Assembly (NCBI GenBank): GCA_041611735.1
Contig: JBFIML010000029.1
Span: 1-54,199 of the forward strand
DNA from: Myxococcota bacterium
Lineage (GTDB): Bacteria > Myxococcota_A > UBA9160 > PR03
DNA length: 54,199 nt
Reading direction: 5' to 3'
The position numbers and the translations under genes are program-made. The number at the start of each line of letters is the position of its first letter. The first letter of the stretch is position 1. A model generated the notes under the pieces. It had not been told where the DNA came from and made no database searches. It saw nothing but the letters and a program-made list of their open reading frames with translations. This document shows, piece after piece, positions 26,643-35,102 of the stretch.

Positions 26643-28124
26643 ATGGCCGTCTCCCTGTCCCAGCGTCTGGTGGCCCGTTTCGCCGCCTTCCTGCTCGCCG
26701 TGAGCGGGATGGTGAGCCTCGCCAACCACCCGCTCCCGAAGCTCGCGGGCATGAGCAACGCGGGCATCGCGGTGGTGAGCGGCGCCAGCGTGGGAATCGC
26801 GGTGCTGGCCTGGTTCCTGCCCTGGGACCGCTGGCCGCGCCGGGCGCTCTACGGCTTCGTCCCGCTCGCGCTGGGCCTCAAGATGCTGGCCAACCACCTG
26901 GGAGGCGTCGGACCCTACGGCTACGGCCTGCACTTCGTCCTGATCTTCAGCTGGATCGGCCTGGCGCTCCCCCAGTGGACCTCCCTGCTCACCACGCCCC
27001 TGCTCGCAGTCGCCTACCTGTTGCCACTCTGGGTGCGGAGCGCTCCGGTGGCGGAGATGACGTCCTTCGCCGTGGTGGTCCCCATCTGCCTCCTGGTGGG
27101 CGAGTCCACGGCCTGGGTGGCGAGCCGGCTGCGACGTGCCGAAGCCCAGGACGTGGAGCGCATGCGCCGCATGGAGAACCTGTTGCAGGCCACCCTCGAG
27201 CTGGCCCACCGCCACGACACGAGGGGCCTGGCCGACCGGATCGCTCAGTACGCCGTGGAGCTGCTGAGCGGCGAGCGGGCGGTGGTCCTGCTCAACGACC
27301 CGCGCCGCATGCTGCGCGGCGCCGGCGTCCACCGCTGGGGCGCCGATCCCCAGGCCCTCGTGCTGCGTCCCGACGAGCACCCGGCCCTGGCCCGGACCCT
27401 GCGCAACGAGGAGATCGTCTGGGGCCACGAGCTCGCGCCGGCCCTGTCCGAGGCCCTGGAGCTGCCCCTGATGGCAGCCCTGCCCCTGGCGGGCTCCGCT
27501 GCGCCCCTCGGCGTGGTGCTGGTGGCGCTGCGGCGCGGAGCCCCGCCCCTCGATTCCTTCACGCGCTCCCTGGCCCGCACCTTCGCCACCCAGGCGGGCC
27601 TGGCCGTGGAGCGACTGCGCGCCACCGAGGCGCTGCTCGACGCCTCCCTGCGCGACGACCTCACCGGAGTCGGCAACCGGCGCAAGGGCAACGCGGCGCT
27701 CCGGCAGCTCAACCCGGGCGACGTGCTGATGCTGATCGACCTCGACCACTTCAAGCAGGTGAACGACCGCTACGGCCACGCGGCGGGCGACGCCGCCCTG
27801 GAGGCCCTGGGCACGTACCTGCGCAACGCCGTGCGCGCCGGGGACCAGGTCTTCCGCTGGGGAGGCGAGGAGTTCCTGATGATCCTGGCCGGGGTGTCCG
27901 ACGGGGCCGAGGCGGCGGGCCGGCGCCTGTGCGAGGGCTGGCGGCGCCTGGGACCCCTGACCACCTTCAGCGCCGGCCTGGCCGTGCACCGGGCCAGCCA
28001 GGATCCGGCGGTTACGCTGGTCCGGGCCGATGCCGCCCTGTACGCCGCCAAGGAAGCCGGGCGCGACCGGGTGCACGTGGAGCGCGGCACGGCGCTGGCC
28101 GGGGCGGGGGGGGCCGCCGCCTGA
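26643..28124 (+). CDS. Membrane-bound GAF-GGDEF diguanylate cyclase
   Basis: About 6 TM segments, GAF-like region, DDLTGVGNRR, DLDHFKQVNDRYGH, RAGD I-site, RWGGEEF. Start 26631 or 26643. Confidence 0.88.
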   Translation: MAVSLSQRLVARFAAFLLAVSGMVSLANHPLPKLAGMSNAGIAVVSGASVGIAVLAWFLPWDRWPRRALYGFVPLALGLKMLANHLGGVGPYGYGLHFVLIFSWIGLALPQWTSLLTTPLLAVAYLLPLWVRSAPVAEMTSFAVVVPICLLVGESTAWVASRLRRAEAQDVERMRRMENLLQATLELAHRHDTRGLADRIAQYAVELLSGERAVVLLNDPRRMLRGAGVHRWGADPQALVLRPDEHPALARTLRNEEIVWGHELAPALSEALELPLMAALPLAGSAAPLGVVLVALRRGAPPLDSFTRSLARTFATQAGLAVERLRATEALLDASLRDDLTGVGNRRKGNAALRQLNPGDVLMLIDLDHFKQVNDRYGHAAGDAALEALGTYLRNAVRAGDQVFRWGGEEFLMILAGVSDGAEAAGRRLCEGWRRLGPLTTFSAGLAVHRASQDPAVTLVRADAALYAAKEAGRDRVHVERGTALAGAGGAAA

Positions 28125-28179
28125 GGCGCGGGCGCCGGATTGAGCGGCGCGCCACGATCCCCCATGCTCGGCCCCACGC

Positions 28180-28809
28180 GTGACGCCCTTCGTCCTGCTC
28201 ACGGTCCTGTCCACGGCGGCGCTGCTCGCCGCCGAGTGGCGTGGCCTGCGCCCGGGTGTGTGGATCGCGAAGCCCCTGGCCTCCAGCGGCTTCGTGGCTG
28301 CCGCCTGGGCGGCCGGGGCGTCCGACTCCGTCTACGGACGCGCCGTGCTCGCCGCCCTGGCCCTCTCCTGGCTCGGAGACGTGCTGCTCATCGCCCGCCG
28401 CTCGCCCGGCCTGTTCCGCGCCGGACTGGCGAGCTTCTTGGTGGCCCACCTGGCCTACGCAGGCGCGTTCCTGGCCCGTGGCCTGCACCCGGGAGCCACC
28501 GGTCTCGGGGTGCTCGCCGTGGTGGCGCCCGGGCTGTGGGCGCTGCGCTGGCTGCGCCCCCACCTGCCCCCCGGCATGGCGGGTCCCGTGCACGCCTACG
28601 TGGCGGTGATCTCGACCATGCTGGCCTGCGCCGCCGGCACGCTGCCGGGCTCCGGCGGGCCGGCGATCGCCCTGGGCGCCGGCCTCTTCTACGCCTCGGA
28701 CCTGGCGGTGGCGCGCCAGCGCTTCGTTGCCCCGAGCTTCTGGAACCGCGCCTGGGGGCTTCCGGCCTACTACGCAGGTCAGCTCGTGCTGGCCTCCACG
28801 GTGGCCTGA
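28180..28809 (+). CDS. YhhN/lysoplasmalogenase-family membrane protein
   Basis: AKPLAS, LGDVLL, FLVAHLAY, LFYASD, YYAGQ. Confidence 0.85.
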   Translation: MTPFVLLTVLSTAALLAAEWRGLRPGVWIAKPLASSGFVAAAWAAGASDSVYGRAVLAALALSWLGDVLLIARRSPGLFRAGLASFLVAHLAYAGAFLARGLHPGATGLGVLAVVAPGLWALRWLRPHLPPGMAGPVHAYVAVISTMLACAAGTLPGSGGPAIALGAGLFYASDLAVARQRFVAPSFWNRAWGLPAYYAGQLVLASTVA

Positions 28810-30248
28810 AGCGCGCGATCCAGGCGGTCCAGGAGCTTCGCGTACTGCACGAGGTGACGCAGGCCAAGATAGCGTTCCCGAACGCGCTCTCGCGCTGCCG
28901 CCCCCAGCCGCGCGGCCAGGGCGGCGTCGCTCAGCACCCGGCCCAGGGCGTCCGCCAGGGCATCGCGATCGCTGGGGTCCGGCAGCAGCAGACCGTGGAC
29001 GCCGTCGTCGATCTGGTCCTGGATGCCTCCCACGGCGCTCGCCACCACGGGACGCCCCTTCCACATGGCCTCCGCCACCGTGAGGCCGAACCCCTCGCGC
29101 AGGCTCTTCTGGACCACCACCGCGGCATGCCGTTGGAGGGCGTTCACGATCACCGCGTTCTCCTCCACGTCCGCCGTGGGCAGGCAGGCCAGATGCACGC
29201 GGCCGCGGATCGCCGGAGGGAGCGCCCGCCACGCCTCCAACGTCTCATCGAAGACCTGCGCGGCCTCCGGGTCGTCCGCCACGCCCTGCACGTCGGGACC
29301 CGCCAGGACCAGATGCGCGTCCCCGCAACCGCCCCCCTCCACCAGGCGGGCAAAGCCCTGGAGCACGCCGACGGGATCCTTGAGGGGATCCCAGCGCGAC
29401 ACCTGCACCACCAGCGGCGTCTCCCAGGCGGGCGCCCGGCCGAGCCGAACCACGTCCGCGCAGCGCTCCACCCGGCCCGGCGTCTCGTCCTCGCGCGCGA
29501 AGACGGGCGCCTCCTTCGTGGGCGGTGGACCCTCCACGAGACCCACGTGGACCAGGATGGCCCGGACCGTGTCCTCGTCCAGGGCCTGGTTCTTGGGGGA
29601 GAAGGCGTCGATGCTCGGCGGGATGATCTCCGCCTTGCCGTGATCGCAGTAGTCGGGCACGTAGGCCTGGCGGGTGAAGATGTAGAACGGCACCTGCTGG
29701 ACGTAGGGGAACAGGAAGCGCCAGCCGCCCTCCACCTCCTCGTTCGGCTTGTCGGCGCCGATGTGGCAACGCCAGATCACCAACGCCCCCGCCTCCAGCA
29801 GGCTGGCTGCCAGCCCCGCCGGCTGCGGATCGTGGAGGATCACCACGTCGCGGGGCTTCACCAGCGAAACGAGCTCGACGGCGTTCTCCCGCAGCGTCTC
29901 CTGGTAGACCCGGTGTTCGGCCTCCCCCAGCGGAGAGCCGTCGCCGCGCGCGCCGTGAAGCGCGTGGTGCAGACGCTTGGTGACGCGGAAGAAGTCCGAG
30001 TTGCCGCGGATCACCAGCCAGCGGGCGTCGATCCCGGCGCCGCGCGAGTAGGCCAGCAGGCTCTGCAGCATCTCCGCGACGCCCCCGCCCACGGCGGTGG
30101 AGTTCACGTTCCAGACCACCCGCCCCTTGAAGCGCTGGCGCGCCATGCGTCCGATCGCCTGCACCTTCCGCACGTGCTGCTTGCCGAGCAGCGGCACGAA
30201 GCGATCCAGGGGCTCGGCGCCGAAGTGGACTTCCTCGAGATGGGTCAT
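28779..30248 (-). CDS. treT: GT4 glycosyltransferase, TreT-like trehalose synthase
   Basis: VNSTAVGGGVAEML, TKRLHHALHG, HDPQP, WRCHI, VSRWDPLKD, KSLREGFGLTVAEAMWK. Confidence 0.82.
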   Translation of the reverse strand: MTHLEEVHFGAEPLDRFVPLLGKQHVRKVQAIGRMARQRFKGRVVWNVNSTAVGGGVAEMLQSLLAYSRGAGIDARWLVIRGNSDFFRVTKRLHHALHGARGDGSPLGEAEHRVYQETLRENAVELVSLVKPRDVVILHDPQPAGLAASLLEAGALVIWRCHIGADKPNEEVEGGWRFLFPYVQQVPFYIFTRQAYVPDYCDHGKAEIIPPSIDAFSPKNQALDEDTVRAILVHVGLVEGPPPTKEAPVFAREDETPGRVERCADVVRLGRAPAWETPLVVQVSRWDPLKDPVGVLQGFARLVEGGGCGDAHLVLAGPDVQGVADDPEAAQVFDETLEAWRALPPAIRGRVHLACLPTADVEENAVIVNALQRHAAVVVQKSLREGFGLTVAEAMWKGRPVVASAVGGIQDQIDDGVHGLLLPDPSDRDALADALGRVLSDAALAARLGAAARERVRERYLGLRHLVQYAKLLDRLDRALQATVEASTS

Positions 30249-30294
30249 GGCACTGCCTCGTCCTGCGGCCCACAAGCTCTCCCGGCCACGCGGC

Positions 30295-31302
30295 TCAGGC
30301 CCGGAAGGGGCTCGAGTAGGACTTGAGGGTCCGCACGTAGTTGGCTCGCTCGTAGGCGTTCGGGTCGGCGACGGCGCGCTGGCTCATGCTGCCCTGGAGC
30401 TGCCTCACGGAAGCGTACTCCCGCTCGCTCATCCACTCCAGCAGCCCCTTCTCGATCCGGCTCAGCTGCTCCGGACCGTGTTCCAGCAGCGCCGAGGCCA
30501 GCATGGCCACGTTCGCCCCGGCCAGCAGCAGCTTGAGCACGTCGACGGCGCTGTGCACGCCACCGGTGGCCGCCAGGGACGCCTGGAGGCGCCCGTGCAG
30601 GATGGCGATCCAGCGCAGCGGCAGGCGCAGCTCGTCGGAGGTGCTGAGCACGAGGCGGGGCACCACGGAGAGGGTTTCCAGGTCCACGTCGGGCTGGTAG
30701 AAGCGGTTGAAGAGCACGAGGCCGTCCGCCCCGGCCTCCACCAGCTCCCGAGCCGAGTGCGCCAGGGCCGTGAAATAGGGGCCGATCTTCACGGCCAGCG
30801 GGATGCGCACGGCGCCGCGCACGGCTGCCACGAGCTCCCGGTAGCGACGCTCCAGGGTCTCGGCCGAGAGCTCCGGGTCCGCGGCGATCAGGTACAGGTT
30901 CAGCTCGAGGGCATCGGCACCGGCCTGCTCGATGCGCCGTGCGTGCTCGGTCCAGCCCCCGGGCGAGGTGCCGTTCAGGCTCGCGATCACCGGGATCCCC
31001 AGCGAGCGCTTGCCCTGGGCGATCAGCTCCAGGTAGTGGTCCGGGCCGGTGTTGTAGTCGTCGAGCTCCGGGAAGTAGGAGAGCGCCTCCCCGAAGCTCC
31101 CGGCGCCGGTCTCGAGCAGCCGGTCGATCTCCACGCTCTCAGCCTCGATCTGCTCCTCGAAGAGCGAGGGCAGCACCACCGCGCCGGCGCCGGCGTCCTC
31201 GAGGCGGCGCAGGCCGTCGAGGTCGCCGGTGAGCGGCGAGGAGGAGGCCACCAGGGGGCTGCGTAGCGCGAGCCCCAGGTAGTCGGTGCCCAGGTCGGTC
31301 AC
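30295..31302 (-). CDS. Dihydroorotate dehydrogenase-like FMN protein (PFOR-associated type)
   Basis: YLGLALRSPLVASSSP, SLFEEQI, ALELN, LAVKIGPY, LVLFNRFYQPD, YERANY; GTG 31302 coupled to the PFOR stop. Confidence 0.87.
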   Translation of the reverse strand: MTDLGTDYLGLALRSPLVASSSPLTGDLDGLRRLEDAGAGAVVLPSLFEEQIEAESVEIDRLLETGAGSFGEALSYFPELDDYNTGPDHYLELIAQGKRSLGIPVIASLNGTSPGGWTEHARRIEQAGADALELNLYLIAADPELSAETLERRYRELVAAVRGAVRIPLAVKIGPYFTALAHSARELVEAGADGLVLFNRFYQPDVDLETLSVVPRLVLSTSDELRLPLRWIAILHGRLQASLAATGGVHSAVDVLKLLLAGANVAMLASALLEHGPEQLSRIEKGLLEWMSEREYASVRQLQGSMSQRAVADPNAYERANYVRTLKSYSSPFRA

Positions 31303-34300
31303 GTTCCGTCTCCTTCCCCCGTGGGCGGCACGGCCGGGGCTTGCGCGTGGGGTACGGTGCGTTCGACCCGGGCGAGCTGCTCGTAGAGCCGCCAGCGCTC
31401 GTCCACGTCCGCCTGGGCCAGCGCCAGCAGCCGGCGCGCCTGCGCGGGATTGGTGCGCTCGAGCATGGCGAAGCGCGCCTCCGATGCCGCGAATTCCCGC
31501 AGCGGCAGGGTGGGCTTGCGGGAATCGAGCCGGAGCGGGTGCTGGTGCGGGTCGAGGCCCGGGTGATAGCGCCACAGGGGCCAGAAGCCGCTGCGCACGG
31601 CGTCCTTCTGGTGCGTCATGGAGCGGGTCATGTCGATGCCGTGGGCGATGCAAGTGCTGTAGGCGACCAGGAGCGACGGCCCCGGCCAGGCGTCCGCCTC
31701 CAGGAAGGCGCGCAGCGTCTGCTGGTCGTCCGCTCCGAGCGCCACCTGGGCCACGTACACGTTCCCGTAGGCGCTTGCGATCATGCCGAGATCCTTGCAA
31801 GGCACGGTCTTGCCGCCGGAGGCAAACTTGGCGACGGCCGCGCGCGGCGTCGCCTTGGAAGCCTGCCCGCCGGTGTTCGAGTAGACCTGGGTGTCGAGCA
31901 CCAGCACGTTCACGTTGCGGCTCGAGGCCAGCACGTGGTCCAGACCGGCGGAGCCGATGTCGTAGGCCCAGCCATCGCCGCCCACGATCCAGATGCTCTT
32001 GCGCACCAGCTCGTCGGCCAGGCCGAGCAGGCGTCGCACGTCCCGATCCGCACCGCCGAGCTCCGCCAGGCGGTCGCGCAGCGCCTCCACCCGGGCCCGC
32101 TGGGCGGCGAGACCGGCCTCGTCGTGCTGGGGGGCCTCCAGCAGCTCCCGGGCCAGCTGCTCCCCCAGCCGCGGGGCCAGCCGCTCGACCAGCGCCCGCA
32201 CCTCCGCCACGTGGCGCTCCAGCGCGAGCAGCATGCCGAAGCCGAACTCGGCGTTGTCCTCGAAGAGCGAGTTCGCCCAGGCGGGGCCGCGCCCCTGGCG
32301 GTTCGTGCCCCAGGGGGTCGTGGGCAGGTTGCCCCCGTAGATGGAGGAGCAGCCGGTGGCGTTCGCCACCACGATGCGATCCCCGAAGAGCTGGCTGAGC
32401 AGCTTGAGATAGGGCGTCTCCCCGCAGCCGGCGCAGGCGCCGGAGAACTCGAAGAGGGGCTCGAGCGCCTGGGCGTTCTTCACCACGTGGGGTGACACGC
32501 GCTCCCGCGCCAGCTCGGGGATGTCGAGGAAGAAGGCGAAGTTCGCGCGCTCCTGCTCCCAGTGCTCCGCCGCCGGCCGCATGTCGATGGCCTTGTGCTT
32601 CACCTCCTCCTTGCTGCGCGCGGGGCACACCTCCACGCACACCCCGCACCCGGTGCAGTCGTCGGGCACCACCTGGATGCTGAGCTGGAGTCCGGGCAGC
32701 TCCCGGGATCGGAACGCCTTGGTCGGGAAGCGCCCCGGGGCGTCGGCGAGCGCCTCGGGCGGGTAGAGCTTCATGCGGATCGCGGCGTGCGGGCACACCG
32801 CGGCGCACTTGCCGCAGTCGATGCAGATGGCCGGGTCCCAGATCGGGATCTCGGTGGCGATCTGCCGCTTCTCGTAGCGCGCCGTGCCGGTGGGGAAGGT
32901 CCCGTCGGGGGGCAGCGCGCTCACCGGCAGCAGGTCCCCCTCCCCGGCCATCAGCCGCGCGGTCACCCGCTGCACGAAGTCCGGCGCGTCCGCCGGAACC
33001 GGGGGACGCATGCGACGCTTGGACGTCACGGCTCCGGGCACCTCCACCCGGTGCAGCGCCTCCAGGGCGCGATCCACCGCCGCCCGGTTCCGCTCCACCA
33101 CCGCCGGGCCGCGCTTGCCGTAGTCGCGTTCGATGGAGCCATGGATGGCCCGGATCGCCTGCTCCCGGGGGAGCACGCCGGCCAGGGCGAAGAAGCAGGC
33201 CTGCATCACCGTATTGATGCGGTTGCCCATGCCCACTTCCCGGGCGACCCGATCCGCATCGATCACCCAGAAGGCGAGCTGCCGGTCCAGGATCTGCTGC
33301 TGGACCTCCTGGGGCAGGGCGTCCCAGACGGCCTCGGGCCCGTGGCGGCTGTTCAGCAGGAAGGTGGCGCCCGGCGCGGCGCGGCCCAGCACGTCCAGGC
33401 GCTCCAGGAAGCCGAAGTGGTGGCAGGCCACGAACTCGGCGCGGTCGATCAGGTAGGTGGAGCGGATCGGCCGGGGGCCGAAGCGCAGATGGGAGACCGT
33501 GACGGCGCCCGATTTCTTCGAGTCGTAGACGAAGTAGCCCTGGCTGTACAGGTCCGTGTGCTCGCCGATGATCTTGACGGAGCTCTTGGTGGCGCCCACG
33601 GTGCCGTCGCTGCCGAGGCCGTGGAACAGCGCCCGCACCCCCTCGGGCTCGGCCCGGAAGTCGCGATCCCACGCAAGGCTGGTGTGCGTCACGTCGTCCA
33701 CGATGCCGACCGTGAAGTGGTTGCGCGGCGACGCCAGGTCGAGGGCGTCCAGCACCCCCTTTGCCATGGCCGGCGTGAACTCCTTGGACGCGAGGCCGTA
33801 GCGCCCGCCCACGACCCTGGGCAGGCGACCGTCCGTCAAGGCGCCCTCCGCCGCCGCCTCGGCCAGGGCCGTTACCACGTCCTGGTAGAGCGGCTCCCCC
33901 GGTGCGCCCGGCTCCTTGGTGCGGTCGAGCACGGCCAGCGCGCGCACGCTCCGGGGCAGCGCCTCGAGGAGCGCCTCGGACGGGAAGGGCCGGAAGAGCC
34001 GCACCTGGAGCAGTCCGACCCGCTCGCCGCGCGCACACAGCGCATGGACCGCCTCCTCCGCGGCGCCGACGCCCGATCCCATCAGCACGAGCACCCGCTC
34101 CGCATCCGGCGCGCCCACGTAGTCCACCAGCCGGTAACGCCGCCCCACGCGCCCGGCGAGCGAGTCGAAGCTCTCCTGCACGAGGCCGGGCACCGCGGCG
34201 TAGAACGGGTTGGCGGCCTCCCGGGCCTGGAAGAAGACGTCCGGGTTCTGGGCGGAGCCGCGCAGCACCGGGCGGTCCGGGGTGAGGCGCCGCTCGCGAT

Positions 34301-34907
34301 GGGCCGCGATGGCGGGCTCGTCCAGCAGGGCCTCCAGGTCCGCGTCGCTCAGGGGCTCGATCTTGTTGATCTCGTGGGAGGTGCGGAAGCCGTCGAAGAA
34401 GTGCAGGAAGGGAACCCGCGCCCGCAGGGCGGTGGCGTGGGCCACCAGCGCGAGGTCCTGGGCCTCCTGCACCGAGGCGCTCGCGAGCAGCGCCCAGCCC
34501 GTGGTGCGCGCGGCCATGACGTCGCTGTGGTCGCCAAAGATCGAGAGCGCGTGGGTGGCCACGGTGCGCGCCGCCACATGGACCACGCCGGGAAGCAGCT
34601 GGCCCGCCACCTTGAAGAGGTTCGGCAGCATGAGCAGCAGGCCCTGGGAGGCGGTGAAGGTGGTGGCGAGCGCCCCCTTCTGCAGGGCGCCGTGCAGGGC
34701 GCCGGCGGCGCCGGCCTCGCTCTGCATCTCCACCACCTCGGGAACGACTCCCCAGAGGTTCGGCCGCCCCTGGGCGCTCCAGGCGTCCGCCCACTCGCCC
34801 ATGGGCGAGGCGGGAGTGATCGGGTAGATGGCGATCACCTCGGCGAGCCGGTGGGCGATGCGGGCCACCGCCTCGTTGCCGTCGATACAGGTCCAGCGAC
34901 GCGCCAT
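31299..34907 (-). CDS. nifJ: Pyruvate:ferredoxin/flavodoxin oxidoreductase (homodimeric)
   Basis: IDGNEA, YPITPASPM, MQSEAGAAG, FDGFRTSHE, two CxxCxxCxxxCP ferredoxin motifs, FSGACAGCGETPY, GGDGWAYDIG (TPP). Confidence 0.96.
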   Translation of the reverse strand: MARRWTCIDGNEAVARIAHRLAEVIAIYPITPASPMGEWADAWSAQGRPNLWGVVPEVVEMQSEAGAAGALHGALQKGALATTFTASQGLLLMLPNLFKVAGQLLPGVVHVAARTVATHALSIFGDHSDVMAARTTGWALLASASVQEAQDLALVAHATALRARVPFLHFFDGFRTSHEINKIEPLSDADLEALLDEPAIAAHRERRLTPDRPVLRGSAQNPDVFFQAREAANPFYAAVPGLVQESFDSLAGRVGRRYRLVDYVGAPDAERVLVLMGSGVGAAEEAVHALCARGERVGLLQVRLFRPFPSEALLEALPRSVRALAVLDRTKEPGAPGEPLYQDVVTALAEAAAEGALTDGRLPRVVGGRYGLASKEFTPAMAKGVLDALDLASPRNHFTVGIVDDVTHTSLAWDRDFRAEPEGVRALFHGLGSDGTVGATKSSVKIIGEHTDLYSQGYFVYDSKKSGAVTVSHLRFGPRPIRSTYLIDRAEFVACHHFGFLERLDVLGRAAPGATFLLNSRHGPEAVWDALPQEVQQQILDRQLAFWVIDADRVAREVGMGNRINTVMQACFFALAGVLPREQAIRAIHGSIERDYGKRGPAVVERNRAAVDRALEALHRVEVPGAVTSKRRMRPPVPADAPDFVQRVTARLMAGEGDLLPVSALPPDGTFPTGTARYEKRQIATEIPIWDPAICIDCGKCAAVCPHAAIRMKLYPPEALADAPGRFPTKAFRSRELPGLQLSIQVVPDDCTGCGVCVEVCPARSKEEVKHKAIDMRPAAEHWEQERANFAFFLDIPELARERVSPHVVKNAQALEPLFEFSGACAGCGETPYLKLLSQLFGDRIVVANATGCSSIYGGNLPTTPWGTNRQGRGPAWANSLFEDNAEFGFGMLLALERHVAEVRALVERLAPRLGEQLARELLEAPQHDEAGLAAQRARVEALRDRLAELGGADRDVRRLLGLADELVRKSIWIVGGDGWAYDIGSAGLDHVLASSRNVNVLVLDTQVYSNTGGQASKATPRAAVAKFASGGKTVPCKDLGMIASAYGNVYVAQVALGADDQQTLRAFLEADAWPGPSLLVAYSTCIAHGIDMTRSMTHQKDAVRSGFWPLWRYHPGLDPHQHPLRLDSRKPTLPLREFAASEARFAMLERTNPAQARRLLALAQADVDERWRLYEQLARVERTVPHAQAPAVPPTGEGDGT

Positions 34908-34922
34908 GGCCCTGAACGAAGT

Positions 34923-34938
34923 TGCATCCCGCGTGCCA
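34923..34938 (-). promoter_or_regulatory. sigma54 -24/-12 promoter for the PFOR operon
   Basis: Minus strand TGGCACGCGGGATGCA, ~16 nt upstream of ATG 34907. Confidence 0.68.
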
Positions 34939-34985
34939 GGGGGGGAGCCTCCCGAGCCCGCCCGGTACCGGGAGCCCGGCCGGAG

Positions 34986-35002
34986 TGCGCCATCCTGTCG
35001 CA
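34986..35002. promoter_or_regulatory. Candidate enhancer (UAS) palindrome
   Basis: TGCGCCA-TCC-TGTCGCA, a near-perfect inverted repeat; half-conserved copy at 35007-35023. Confidence 0.5.
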
Positions 35003-35102
35003 TTCGTGAGGCAGTACGCGCACGACGAGACCGGACGCCTCACGGTCCGGAGCGGCCCGCGGTTGAGTGCCCGGCGGGGAGATGCCATCCTGGGGGTCTC
35101 CC

